58,933 nt of DNA. Source: a virus. Under the pieces are notes generated by a model that saw only the letters and a program-made list of their open reading frames with translations, was not told the origin of the DNA and searched no databases. Shown in pieces: positions 24,407-32,709 of this stretch (positions are counted from its first letter, which is position 1; every line of letters starts with the position of its first letter). The translations under genes were made by a program, and so were the position numbers. The DNA lies in IMG/VR virus record IMGVR_UViG_3300028831_000111, positions 1 to 58,933 of that record. One strand, written 5' to 3'.

Positions 24407-25740
24407 GCGCTCACTCTCCCCCGGCCGAACTGAACCAGGAATCCTAGATCAGCATCGCAGTCACAGAATCCCTTGCCCAGCTTCGTCACGTCGCCGTGCC
24501 CGAACGCCCCCGCCGACGGGATGCCCGAACCAAAGATCAACTGGGCCTGCGCGTCCCCCACCAGACCCTGGCCGAACGCCCCCCCGGACGGAATACCAGC
24601 ACCGGCAAGGCTGACCGGGCCGACGCCAAGAGAGCCCGCACCGAACGTCTCCGCCGAGGCGATACCGGCCCCGCCGAGCAGTGAGCCCCCGGCCGAGACG
24701 ACACCCGCACCGAAGGTCTCCGCCGAAGCGATCCCCGACCCGGTGATCGTCACGCCGCCGGGCGTTACCGTGCCCGCGCCGAACACCTCGCCGGAGGCGA
24801 TACCCGAACCGGCCAGGCTCACGCCGCCGGTGGTGACGGTACCGGCACCGAAAGCCCCGCTGCTTGCGATGCCGGTACCTGCGAGATTGACGGCGCCCGG
24901 CGTTACTGTTCCGGCCCCGAACGCCTCAGCCGAGGAAACGCCCGTGCCGGTGATCGTGTACGCCGAGGAGACCGTGCCCGCGCCGAACGCACCGGCGGAG
25001 GCAATCCCGGTACCAGTGATCGTATACAGCGACGAGACGGTGCCCGCACCGAACGCGCCCGCTGAAGCGATGCCCGTACCGGTCAGCGTCTGCGTCCCCG
25101 ACAGGCTGAAGTCGAACGACGGTGGGTCGCTGCCCGTCAGGGAGATCGTGCCGGTGACACTGGCCGCGTTGTTGCCGTGACCGGTTGCGTCAACCACGGA
25201 GGCAGCGGCCACGTTCAGCGGCCACAGGGCGTCAGGGGAGAGCGCGTTCCAGTCGCTCAGGTGCGTCGTGCACAGCGAGTCGAACTCCGCGTCGGACAGC
25301 ACCCGCTTCCAGACGGCCACAACCGCGATTAGGCCGTTACCCCGGTTGTCGCAGTCGCCGATCTTGATAGCGGTGATGGTGCCCGGGTTTGCGTGCGTGC
25401 CAGTGCCGTTCGAGTGGGTCTTGGCCCCGCCCGCGCTGTAGTTCCAGTAGTGCCACCGATAGACGTTGCTGCCGGACGTCTTGCTGTGCCCGATCACATG
25501 CCAGTCGGTGTTGTTGCTGGTGCCGAAGCCGCTGAAATCGCCGCCGCCGAACCAGACGTTGCTGTCGTTGAGCTGCTGGATCGGGTGGCCGGTGGTCACG
25601 GTCATGCCGATGTGACCGTGATTGCCGTTCGGCTTGGTCAGCACCACGATCGTGAAATCACCGGTGCCGACCGCGCCGAGCGTGTTGACGGTGATGTTGA
25701 TCGCTGTGCCGACGACAGCGGGCCAGCTCAGGACCGTCAC
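24403..25740 (-). CDS. Fibre-like protein: LamG/ConA-like N-terminal domain plus nine Gly-rich ~22-aa repeats
   Basis: N-terminal lectin-like block (FTIVVLTKPNG...VAVWKRVLSDAEFDSL). C-terminal repeats G(T/S)GI(A/P)S(A/G)xxFGAGxV. Confidence 0.7.
   Translation of the reverse strand: MTVLSWPAVVGTAINITVNTLGAVGTGDFTIVVLTKPNGNHGHIGMTVTTGHPIQQLNDSNVWFGGGDFSGFGTSNNTDWHVIGHSKTSGSNVYRWHYWNYSAGGAKTHSNGTGTHANPGTITAIKIGDCDNRGNGLIAVVAVWKRVLSDAEFDSLCTTHLSDWNALSPDALWPLNVAAASVVDATGHGNNAASVTGTISLTGSDPPSFDFSLSGTQTLTGTGIASAGAFGAGTVSSLYTITGTGIASAGAFGAGTVSSAYTITGTGVSSAEAFGAGTVTPGAVNLAGTGIASSGAFGAGTVTTGGVSLAGSGIASGEVFGAGTVTPGGVTITGSGIASAETFGAGVVSAGGSLLGGAGIASAETFGAGSLGVGPVSLAGAGIPSGGAFGQGLVGDAQAQLIFGSGIPSAGAFGHGDVTKLGKGFCDCDADLGFLVQFGRGRVSA
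24487..25083 (-). repeat. In-frame tandem repeats (~66-72 bp x 9) inside CDS 24403..25740
   Basis: Repeated peptide TGTGIASAGAFGAGTVSS(L/A)YTI and diverged copies. The first two copies are near-identical. Confidence 0.8.
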
Positions 25741-25749
25741 GGTTCAGCC

Positions 25750-26178
25750 CTACAGCTTGAAGATCTTGTTAGCCCCGTTGTCGAACGTCACCGTGATGTC
25801 CCCACCGTTCGGCGTGACGGGAAGCCCCGTGTACGCGTCGATGTAGGCAATGAGCCGCTGCGCACTCGCCGCGACATCGGCGCCGCCGGTGACCGCGCTC
25901 GACTGGAAGATGATCAGAGCGGGGATCGCCGCGCCGGAAGCAACCGCCGTGTACGTCACGTCGGCCGCGTCCGCGACACCCGAGGTGACCGTCTTCGACC
26001 CGAACGCGCCGGACGTCACGACCAGGGTGCCGCCCGCGCCGGTGACGTCGGAGACGAACTTGTGCGCCGCCGAGAAGGTGTAGCCCCGCACAAGCGCCAT
26101 CTTGATCACGGCGGTGTCCCAGTCGATCTCGCCCGCCAGGAAGCCTTCCCGGCCCGGGTCGAACAGCGCGTTGGCCAT
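25750..26178 (-). CDS. Virion structural protein (unassigned)
   Basis: 142 aa, MANALFDPGREGFLAGEIDWDT... First gene after hairpin 26207-26245. Confidence 0.7.
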   Translation of the reverse strand: MANALFDPGREGFLAGEIDWDTAVIKMALVRGYTFSAAHKFVSDVTGAGGTLVVTSGAFGSKTVTSGVADAADVTYTAVASGAAIPALIIFQSSAVTGGADVAASAQRLIAYIDAYTGLPVTPNGGDITVTFDNGANKIFKL

Positions 26179-26206
26179 GGGTGCTCCCTACTTGAGGTTT
26201 GGGGGA

Positions 26207-26245
26207 CCTGTAACCCACCTAGAACTTTTCTAGGTGGGTTACAGG
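26207..26245 (-). terminator. Strong hairpin (18-bp perfect stem, 3-nt loop) after CDS 26253..26951
   Basis: cctgtaacccacctagaa ctt ttctaggtgggttacagg. No T-tract, so it may act as an attenuator or RNA-stability element. Confidence 0.55.
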
Positions 26246-26252
26246 TCTGGTG

Positions 26253-26951
26253 CTACGCGTCCGGAGTAACCGTGGTGGCGCCGCACGCAGCAGCGGGCGG
26301 AGCCAGGTTCACGACCTGCAAGTGCTCATGGTCCAGGGCGTTGATGGCGGTGATGAGCTTCGCCGGGGCCGGGGACACCTTCGTGTTACGGATGTTGAAC
26401 GGGCCAGTGCCCCACGGCGAACCCGACTTCGACCGGGCGTTGACCACGAACGACACTGGGCCGTTCTCGATCGTCAGGTCACCCAGGGTGCCCTGCACCA
26501 CCCACGGCACCAGGTAGTAGCCGTATTCGAGGGTGCCGCCGGAGCAGGCGACACCACCGAGGTTCGTCCAGACCTCAATGGAGAAGTTGACCGTGGAGAC
26601 GACGTTCTCGCGGGTCCGGAAACCAACGGCGGCGGGGGTTGCCGCGTCATCAAGCACCAGCGGCGAGCCCGTCAGAACGTTGATCATCTCAGGGTCCACC
26701 TTGCAGAAGGTGAACTCCAGGTTTACCCACTTCAGGACCGGGTTCGTCCGGTAGTTCAGGCAGATGTCGCCGTTGGCGTTCTTAACGATGAACTCGTCCG
26801 GGTCTTCGTACTGGGCGGTTCGCGCAACCGACACGAACCCGTCCGAGATGATCTTCATGGAACCCACGCCGGTCTTCACGGTGCCGCACGAGTCAAGGGC
26901 AATGACCCGCATACGGTTGCCGCCGACCGGCTGGAAGCACTGCGCCGCCAT
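26253..26951 (-). CDS. Abundant structural protein, possible major tail (tube) protein
   Basis: 232 aa, beta-rich. Followed by the strongest hairpin in the late operon. Function inferred only from position and this expression signal. Confidence 0.45.
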   Translation of the reverse strand: MAAQCFQPVGGNRMRVIALDSCGTVKTGVGSMKIISDGFVSVARTAQYEDPDEFIVKNANGDICLNYRTNPVLKWVNLEFTFCKVDPEMINVLTGSPLVLDDAATPAAVGFRTRENVVSTVNFSIEVWTNLGGVACSGGTLEYGYYLVPWVVQGTLGDLTIENGPVSFVVNARSKSGSPWGTGPFNIRNTKVSPAPAKLITAINALDHEHLQVVNLAPPAAACGATTVTPDA

Positions 26952-26954
26952 TGA

Positions 26955-27275
26955 CTACTCCTGGCTCTTCCCGGCACCCCGACGAGAGGTACGCGTAGCG
27001 GTCTTACCCGCCGTGTCGTCCCCTTCCGTCTCGGTGTCCTCCTCGTCCGTGCTGGCCGCCGCCTTGTCGGCCTTAGCCTTCTTCGCCGTGTCGGCGTCGT
27101 GCTGCGCCTTGACTTCGGTCCACTGCTGGTGCAGGTCGTCGGGAAGCTCGACAGCTCCCGACGGTCCGACGCCGGGGCGGTAGGACACAACGGAGGGGTC
27201 GTCACCGGCCAGCTCCAGGAGCGCCTGCATCGAGGACTCCACGTGCTCGTCGGGGCCGAACTGGTAGAGCGCCAT
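26955..27275 (-). CDS. Hypothetical protein with a Lys/Asp/Thr-rich tail
   Basis: Lies in the head gene block. Confidence 0.65.
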   Translation of the reverse strand: MALYQFGPDEHVESSMQALLELAGDDPSVVSYRPGVGPSGAVELPDDLHQQWTEVKAQHDADTAKKAKADKAAASTDEEDTETEGDDTAGKTATRTSRRGAGKSQE

Positions 27276-27289
27276 TCAACTCATCTCCT

Positions 27290-28144
27290 TTACAGCGTGA
27301 CGTCGATCGCCGCAACGAAACAGTCGAAGGACGCTGCCCACTCCCGCTCCGCAATCAAGTTGTACTGGTTAACTGCCCGGTTCGCGCTCTGCTTCGCCGG
27401 GGACACAAAAACGTTCGTGTTCTGCCACAGCGTCACCCGGCCAGTCACGTACAACCAGGCATGCCCGGCAGCCGCCGCGACCCCGACCGGGGAGGTGTTG
27501 GTGTAGCCGGACCCGAACGACCAGCGCGACCCGAGGTACGTCTTCAGGACCCCGTTCGCGGGGATGTCGCCCTGAGCCCGGATCAGCCCGTTCGCGCCCG
27601 CGTGCGCGGCCACAGACGCCGGAGCGTGGATAACCGGCACGTAGCCGTAGTTGTCCCCCGCGAACTCCTCCAGCGCGGCCACAGCCAGCTTCAGCGAGCC
27701 CGCCGCCGTCAGCACCGTCACGCCGCCGCCGCCCGCCAGAACCGGCGTGTTACCCAGCGTCGTGCCGTTGAGCAGCCCGGAGGAGAACGCCTCCTCCACG
27801 CCCTGCTGTTCGACAGCAGCTAGCCGCATCCGAACCTTGTCCTCCAGGTACTCGGCCGTGTACCCGGCGGTACCGCAGAGCAGCGACGTGTAGACCGCGA
27901 ACGGCTTGACCGAGGTCTCCGCCGTGTTGTTGTCGAACGTCTTCGGCGTGCCCGGGGTGGCCACGTCGCAGGCGATCGGCCAGCCTCGGGCGGTGCCGCA
28001 ACCAGCCGCGTCGTACAGGAGCCCGCCGTAGTGCTGGTGATCGTCGGTGAACGGCACCACATCGGCGACGTTGAAGATCCCGTACCGGTGATCACCCGGG
28101 GGCGGTGCGCTGACACGGACGGGTGGAGTAACCACAGGCGCCAT
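27290..28144 (-). CDS. Virion structural protein (unassigned)
   Basis: 284 aa in the head gene block. No motif recognised. Confidence 0.7.
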   Translation of the reverse strand: MAPVVTPPVRVSAPPPGDHRYGIFNVADVVPFTDDHQHYGGLLYDAAGCGTARGWPIACDVATPGTPKTFDNNTAETSVKPFAVYTSLLCGTAGYTAEYLEDKVRMRLAAVEQQGVEEAFSSGLLNGTTLGNTPVLAGGGGVTVLTAAGSLKLAVAALEEFAGDNYGYVPVIHAPASVAAHAGANGLIRAQGDIPANGVLKTYLGSRWSFGSGYTNTSPVGVAAAAGHAWLYVTGRVTLWQNTNVFVSPAKQSANRAVNQYNLIAEREWAASFDCFVAAIDVTL

Positions 28145-28165
28145 GAGCGCCCACCTCCTTTCGGG

Positions 28166-28579
28166 CTAGTTGGCCGCGATCCAGATGATGACCGTTCCAG
28201 CGGGAGACGCCAGGCCGGTACCGGTCACGGTGCGCTCGATGGTGAGCACGTCGCCAGCCGCCACGACGACGTTCGCCCGAGTGCCGGACACGGTGAACGT
28301 CTCGCCCTTGAACGCGACCGAGTTGGTCGCGGACCAGGCGCGGGTGGCCGCAACGGTGGTGCCAGTGCCGACCTGACCCCGGTTGCGGATGTTGAACGTG
28401 AAGAAGTTGCTCGCGTTGGCGGTGATCGCCGCCTTCGGAATGAACTCAACCCGGGTGATCCGGCCCGCGAACGGGACCACGACCCCGGTGAACTCGTCAG
28501 CGGTACCGGCGGTGCCCTGCGCGTCGATGGTGACCGCGAAGGGGAAGCCGTTGCCCGCCAGCTCCTGCAGGGAAGACAT
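28166..28579 (-). CDS. Possible head decoration protein
   Basis: 137 aa, beta-rich. Immediately downstream of the capsid gene. Position-based call. Confidence 0.45.
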   Translation of the reverse strand: MSSLQELAGNGFPFAVTIDAQGTAGTADEFTGVVVPFAGRITRVEFIPKAAITANASNFFTFNIRNRGQVGTGTTVAATRAWSATNSVAFKGETFTVSGTRANVVVAAGDVLTIERTVTGTGLASPAGTVIIWIAAN

Positions 28580-28649
28580 CTCGTTTGCCTCTCAAGATCC
28601 AGTCGATGCCGAGAGGCGGGAGCCCCGAAGGGACCCCCGCCCTGAAGGC

Positions 28650-30449
28650 TTACGAGCAGTTCATCGCCGTGGTAGCCGACGTGGTACCCGACGGGCAGAG
28701 CGGCACGGTGTAGGCACGGGAGTCGTGGCCCATCTTCGCAACCAGAACACCCTCCTCCGTGAACAGCGCGGTGAACTGGTTCAGGGCCAAGTTCGCCGCG
28801 TCATACACCGTGTCCAGGGTGATCACGTCCGCGACGCCACGCACCCACGTACCCGCCGCGTACAGCAGGTACGTGACCTCCTGCGGGAAGTCCTGCAGGG
28901 CCGAAGCGCCACCCGGACCGGCGGCGGTGCCCGCAAACGAGTCCTGCCAGTCGTAGACGAACTGCGGGCGGATACCACGCGCCGTGAAGTGCGCCAGGAT
29001 CTGCGCGTCCGACACGTTCGTCATGTCCACACCCGTCCGACGCGACCAGTCCGCGCGGATCACCGGCAGCACCCAGTGCGGGAAGACGGCCTCCAGCGCC
29101 GAACCGAACGGCATCCGGTGGCGGTACCGGTAGTCCTCAACGCCCATTTCGATCGCCGCGAGCATGCCCGTGGTCGTGGGGTCGTCGGCGAACACCGACG
29201 TCGCGACCGGGGCCGGGGACAGGTCCACGACCGTGGAACCGGCCACCATCTTGTCGATGACGAACTTGTTGAGCTTGTGGTTGTGCACCGCCATGGCGCC
29301 CCTGGTGAAGCGGGCCACCATCTCCGGGTAGCCCCGGGACTGCAGGATCGCGCCGGTGATGCAGACGCCCTCAACCTCAAGCCGGACGTCGGTGAACGAC
29401 GGGCACGGCACGACCATGCACGGCTTGGTGGTGGCCGCGATGACCTGCGCCTCAGTCTGGTGGAAGTAACCGGTACCAGCGAAGATCGTCGCGAAGTCCG
29501 GCCCGGGGGTGAAGTTGATACCGCCCCGGGTGATCTGGATCTGCGGGATGTCGACCATGCCATCACGGCCGGTTTCCAGCTCGAACAGGTCGTAGACCGT
29601 CTGGGACGGGGCACACCATCCGGCAGCCGCGATCAGGCTGGACCGCTTGCTCTTCGCACCCTCAAGGCGCTTCTGCTCCGCCTCAACAGCCGCGATCAGC
29701 GACCCGCCCGGCAGTCGCGCCTCGCTGGCCGCGTACTCCAGAAGCTTCATGTCACTCTCGGCGGAGCCGTTACCCTGGACCAGCTCCGACGGCAGATTCC
29801 GCTTGATAACTGCGACGCCGTGCTGCCCGGAGCCGCTCTTGCGACCGCTGTACGACGCCAGCCGCGCCTCGATCGCCCGACCAAGGTCAAGGTCGGAGCC
29901 GAACTCGGCACCCGACGGGAACCCGGGAACGTCAGCAGCAGCAACGATCGAGAAGAACTCGTTTTCGACGCGCTGGTCTTCCATCGTCGGAAGCTTGTTG
30001 CCTTTGGCAACGTCAGCAACGCGCGGGGCCTTGCGGCCAGCTCCAGCGGTCACGGCCTTCTTGTCCTTCTTGGCTGCCGCCGCTTCGTCCGCCGCCTCTT
30101 CCTCTTCGTCAGCCGCGTCGGTCTCGGCGTCTGCCTCGTCCTCATCGGCTTTCTCGTCGGCCTTGTCGTCGGTCTTCGTGGCGAAGGTGTCCGCAAGAGC
30201 GGCGAAGTCCGCCTTGCGCTTGTCAGCGTCTTCGGCCTGCTTGTCGTGTTCCGCACGTGCGGCGCGAACATTGGCGACCACGTCAGCGAGTGCGCGGAGG
30301 GTCTCAACGTCGTCGTCGGTGACCTCGTCGGCGCTCTTGGTCCGGAGCGGCTTGGCGGCCTGGACAGCGAAGGTCTCAAGCTCAGTGAGTCGCTCGACGG
30401 TGAGACCGCTGAAGGTCTCGGGAACGTCGAAGGGCAGTTTGATCTTCAT
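28650..30449 (-). CDS. Major capsid protein (HK97 fold) with an N-terminal ~270-aa scaffold-like extension
   Basis: ATG at 30449. C-terminal 330 aa carry capsid-type blocks (AAAGWCAPSQTVYDLFE, ITRGGINF). The N-terminus is coiled and highly acidic (DEKADEDEADAETDAADEEEEAADE). Confidence 0.8.
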   Translation of the reverse strand: MKIKLPFDVPETFSGLTVERLTELETFAVQAAKPLRTKSADEVTDDDVETLRALADVVANVRAARAEHDKQAEDADKRKADFAALADTFATKTDDKADEKADEDEADAETDAADEEEEAADEAAAAKKDKKAVTAGAGRKAPRVADVAKGNKLPTMEDQRVENEFFSIVAAADVPGFPSGAEFGSDLDLGRAIEARLASYSGRKSGSGQHGVAVIKRNLPSELVQGNGSAESDMKLLEYAASEARLPGGSLIAAVEAEQKRLEGAKSKRSSLIAAAGWCAPSQTVYDLFELETGRDGMVDIPQIQITRGGINFTPGPDFATIFAGTGYFHQTEAQVIAATTKPCMVVPCPSFTDVRLEVEGVCITGAILQSRGYPEMVARFTRGAMAVHNHKLNKFVIDKMVAGSTVVDLSPAPVATSVFADDPTTTGMLAAIEMGVEDYRYRHRMPFGSALEAVFPHWVLPVIRADWSRRTGVDMTNVSDAQILAHFTARGIRPQFVYDWQDSFAGTAAGPGGASALQDFPQEVTYLLYAAGTWVRGVADVITLDTVYDAANLALNQFTALFTEEGVLVAKMGHDSRAYTVPLCPSGTTSATTAMNCS

Positions 30450-30544
30450 CTGCCGAACTCCAGGATGCAGTAGCAAAAGCGTCCGGTCGGCCCACAGCAC
30501 AGCACCTGTCGACGTGATCTACACGGAGGGTAGCAAACTTGCCT

Positions 30545-30572
30545 GACTTAGCAATGGCCTAGCCCTTGACAA
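30545..30572 (-). promoter_or_regulatory. Candidate capsid-gene promoter TTGTCA-N16-TAAGTC
   Basis: Its -35 shares the near-palindrome cttgacaag with the divergent plus-strand promoter. Confidence 0.35.
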
Positions 30573-30594
30573 GACTCCGCTAGTTTTGTAGAGT
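30566..30594 (+). promoter_or_regulatory. Promoter TTGACA-N17-TAGAGT
   Basis: Consensus hexamers, followed by the leader ACAACGAGCCAGGGAGGC and the ATG at 30629. Confidence 0.65.
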
Positions 30595-30628
30595 AGAGGC
30601 ATACACAACGAGCCAGGGAGGCACAAAA

Positions 30629-30712
30629 ATGCTGGTCATGGGATTCTTGCTGCTGGTCATGCTCCTCGTCGGCCTCATCGGCGCCATCGCGATCATGACG
30701 GACGAATACTGA
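30629..30712 (+). CDS. 27-aa hydrophobic peptide
   Basis: MLVMGFLLLVMLLVGLIGAIAIMTDEY. RBS GGGAGG 7 nt upstream. Below the ORF-track cutoff. Confidence 0.55.
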   Translation: MLVMGFLLLVMLLVGLIGAIAIMTDEY

Positions 30713-30804
30713 TGCAGGACCGTACCCGCGCCCTACTGTCCGGGTTCTTTGACTTTGCTGTTGTCCTCGGCCTGATCACGTTCGCCGTGGTGGTGATTCT
30801 TTGA
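30712..30804 (+). CDS. 30-aa membrane peptide
   Basis: ATG overlaps the previous TGA (TGATG). Sequence MQDRTRALLSGFFDFAVVLGLITFAVVVIL. Confidence 0.5.
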   Translation: MQDRTRALLSGFFDFAVVLGLITFAVVVIL

Positions 30805-30860
30805 TCATCCTGGCGCTCGTCGTCACCATCTACGTCATCCTCCGGCGCCTGTTCCGCTAG
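30801..30860 (+). CDS. 19-aa hydrophobic peptide (TTG start)
   Basis: TTGA overlap with the previous stop. Sequence IILALVVTIYVILRRLFR. The start is uncertain. Confidence 0.3.
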   Translation: MIILALVVTIYVILRRLFR

Positions 30861-30866
30861 CCGCAC

Positions 30867-30906
30867 AGCGAGAAGCCCCCGGCATCACCGCCGGGGGCTT
30901 CTCGCT
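30867..30906. terminator. Bidirectional terminator
   Basis: 17-bp perfect stem agcgagaagcccccggc / gccgggggcttctcgct. The stop codon of 30885..31085 lies in the loop. Confidence 0.8.
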
Positions 30907-31085
30907 GTAAAGACTCCCTGCGCCAGCATCGACCACAACAGCCAGCCGAACAACAGCACGCCGAGCAGGAGCGGGGTCACCAGGTCGCGCAGCGCGGCCA
31001 GCTCCAGGAGGGCCATCGCGGAGCCGAGCATGGTGGTCCACACCGCGACGGGCAGGAGCAGCAGTAGGAGCGCTTGACTCTTCAC
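30885..31085 (-). CDS. Membrane protein
   Basis: GTG start after AGGAG. Leu-rich TM helices. High GC3. Confidence 0.6.
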   Translation of the reverse strand: MKSQALLLLLLPVAVWTTMLGSAMALLELAALRDLVTPLLLGVLLFGWLLWSMLAQGVFTARSPRR

Positions 31086-31116
31086 GGCTCCTAAGTGTGC
31101 CGCGTCAGAACGTCTC

Positions 31117-31383
31117 TTACGAAACGTTCAACTTCCGGCACATCTTGGCGTACCAGGCAGGGTCGTGTTCGGCCAGTTCGTCTTCCAGCCGGGACAGTAC
31201 GGCGGTGTCAATCGGGTCGCGCCGGTCCAGGCTCTCCAGCCCGTGCGCGGGACGTACCAGTGGCGGGGTGCCGTGATTGTGGGGCCGGAACAGATCGATA
31301 GCGGAGAGGGTGAGAATGAGCAGTACTGCCAGCACCGCGCAGATGACCATCACCATCACGATGTACTCGATGACCGTGCTCAC
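31117..31383 (-). CDS. Membrane-anchored protein
   Basis: GTG/TGA overlap with the upstream gene. N-terminal TM helix YIVMVMVICAVLAVLLILTL. Confidence 0.65.
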   Translation of the reverse strand: MSTVIEYIVMVMVICAVLAVLLILTLSAIDLFRPHNHGTPPLVRPAHGLESLDRRDPIDTAVLSRLEDELAEHDPAWYAKMCRKLNVS

Positions 31384-31781
31384 TCGTCGCTCTCCTCAAC
31401 GGCGTCACGCGCCCCGTGGAAGATCTTGCGGAGCCCGTCGAGGTCCAGGTGTTCGTACGCGTTCTGGGTGCCGCCCATGTCTTCGATCGACTGTTGGGCC
31501 AGCCGCTCCATCGCCAGGTTGATGATCCCGATGGCGTCACGGCGGTCCAGCTTCAAAAACTCGTTCGCCAGATGCTCAGCGTTGCCGATGAGCGAGATGC
31601 GGTCGTCGGGGCACACAGAGCGCAGCGCGATGTGCGTAATCGTGTGTAGCAGTACCCGGTTCATCTTCTCGGCCGCCTGCGCCCGTTGCTGGTCAATCTC
31701 GGCCAGGTCCGCCGGGCTGATCTGGTCGGTGATGCGGGCCGGTTCGGTCCCGTCCCCATCAAATGCCAGGAAATCCAACAC
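31380..31781 (-). CDS. Hypothetical acidic protein
   Basis: GTG at 31781 follows GAGGAGGG. Confidence 0.7.
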   Translation of the reverse strand: MLDFLAFDGDGTEPARITDQISPADLAEIDQQRAQAAEKMNRVLLHTITHIALRSVCPDDRISLIGNAEHLANEFLKLDRRDAIGIINLAMERLAQQSIEDMGGTQNAYEHLDLDGLRKIFHGARDAVEESDE

Positions 31782-31799
31782 GCCCTCCTCACGTCGAAT

Positions 31800-31833
31800 G
31801 CGGGCGGCCCGACCGTAGCCGTCAGCCGCCCGC
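31800..31833 (-). terminator. Hairpin just 3' of tRNA-Lys(UUU)
   Basis: 9-bp stem gcgggcggc / gccgcccgc with a 16-nt loop. Confidence 0.4.
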
Positions 31834-31836
31834 CTG

Positions 31837-31908
31837 TACGCCGAGAGGGTGTCGAACCCCCGACACGGAGATTAAAAGTCCCCTGCTCTACCGCTGAGCT
31901 ATCGGCGC
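31837..31908 (-). tRNA. tRNA-Lys (anticodon UUU)
   Basis: Clean cloverleaf: GCGCCGA TA GCTC AGCGGTA GAGC A GGGGA CTTTTAA TCTCC GTGTC GGGGG TTCGACA CCCTC TCGGCGT A. G1-U72 wobble. Confidence 0.85.
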
Positions 31909-31953
31909 GTGTGTCTGCCCAGTCTATACAAATCAGGTCTGGGCCGTAACCCT

Positions 31954-32253
31954 TCAGCGGATCTCCGTGAACGCCGTGCTGTTCCATGGGTCTTGCGCCG
32001 GTGGCAGGTTGCGCAGCCGGGCAGGGGTGATCTGGGTCGGCGCGATCGCCTGGTGCCCGTGCCGGGGGGCGTAGGTGTGCCGCTGGGCGGGCATCCGGCG
32101 CGGCGGCGGGACGGGGCGCGGGGGCTTCGGGGCGCGGACCGGGATGGCCAGCCAGATCAGGTAGCCGACCCCGAAGACGATCGTGATGAGCGCGAGGAGG
32201 GTTCCGACGGTGATGAGCATGTATCCGACGTCTTGTGAGCTGTACGGCTGCAT
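31954..32253 (-). CDS. Membrane protein with a Pro-rich tail
   Basis: ATG after AGGGAGAAG. TM segment MLITVGTLLALITIVFGVGYLIWLAI. Confidence 0.7.
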   Translation of the reverse strand: MQPYSSQDVGYMLITVGTLLALITIVFGVGYLIWLAIPVRAPKPPRPVPPPRRMPAQRHTYAPRHGHQAIAPTQITPARLRNLPPAQDPWNSTAFTEIR

Positions 32254-32274
32254 GGGGCTTCTCCCTGGTATGTG

Positions 32275-32307
32275 CCGTAGCCCGGGGTGGTTGGCCCCGG
32301 GCTACGG
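32275..32307 (-). terminator. Stem-loop terminator after CDS 32326..32709
   Basis: 13-bp perfect stem ccgtagcccgggg / ccccgggctacgg. Confidence 0.65.
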
Positions 32308-32325
32308 TTCGCGATTCGCGAATGG

Positions 32326-32709
32326 TCAGACGGCGGCGGGCTGGAGCTTCACGCCGACGGCGTAGGCCATGGCGGTCAGGCGACCGGCGCGGGGGGTGAC
32401 GTAGGAACGGACGGAGCCGCCGTTGACGCGGTCGATCTTGCGGTAGGTCTGGGTGTCGGCGTCGACCATGACCATGTCCGAGGTGAGGGTGGCAACGCCG
32501 GTGGTGGGAACGAGCGGCATCGGGTTGGAGCCGTCGGCTCCGGTGTAGAGACCTCGGACGTTGATGACCTTGTCCTGAACGTTCACGTACACGTCGAACA
32601 GGTGGTACTCGTTGTCTTTGGGGCCGTCGGTGACCGCGTAGACGCTGTAGACCTTGTCGGCCTCACCGGCACCGGTCATGGTGACGTTCTGGGTGTAGGT
32701 GACCTGCAT
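32326..32709 (-). CDS. Hypothetical beta-rich protein with its own promoter and terminator
   Basis: ATG at 32709 after CCCGGGAGGCAGCC. Sequence MQVTYTQNVTMTGAGEADKVYSVYAV... Confidence 0.7.
   Translation of the reverse strand: MQVTYTQNVTMTGAGEADKVYSVYAVTDGPKDNEYHLFDVYVNVQDKVINVRGLYTGADGSNPMPLVPTTGVATLTSDMVMVDADTQTYRKIDRVNGGSVRSYVTPRAGRLTAMAYAVGVKLQPAAV

Noticed and set aside
24487-25083. Regularly spaced about 66-bp repeats, considered as a possible CRISPR-like array.
   Set aside because: The repeats are contiguous with no unique spacers, are in frame inside a long ORF, and encode a Gly-rich peptide repeat. No cas genes are present.
32308-32322. Perfect palindrome ttcgcgattcgcgaa just after the stop of 32326..32709.
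   Set aside because: It is a single occurrence, short, and adjacent to a much stronger terminator hairpin. There is no evidence that it is more than part of the 3' UTR.
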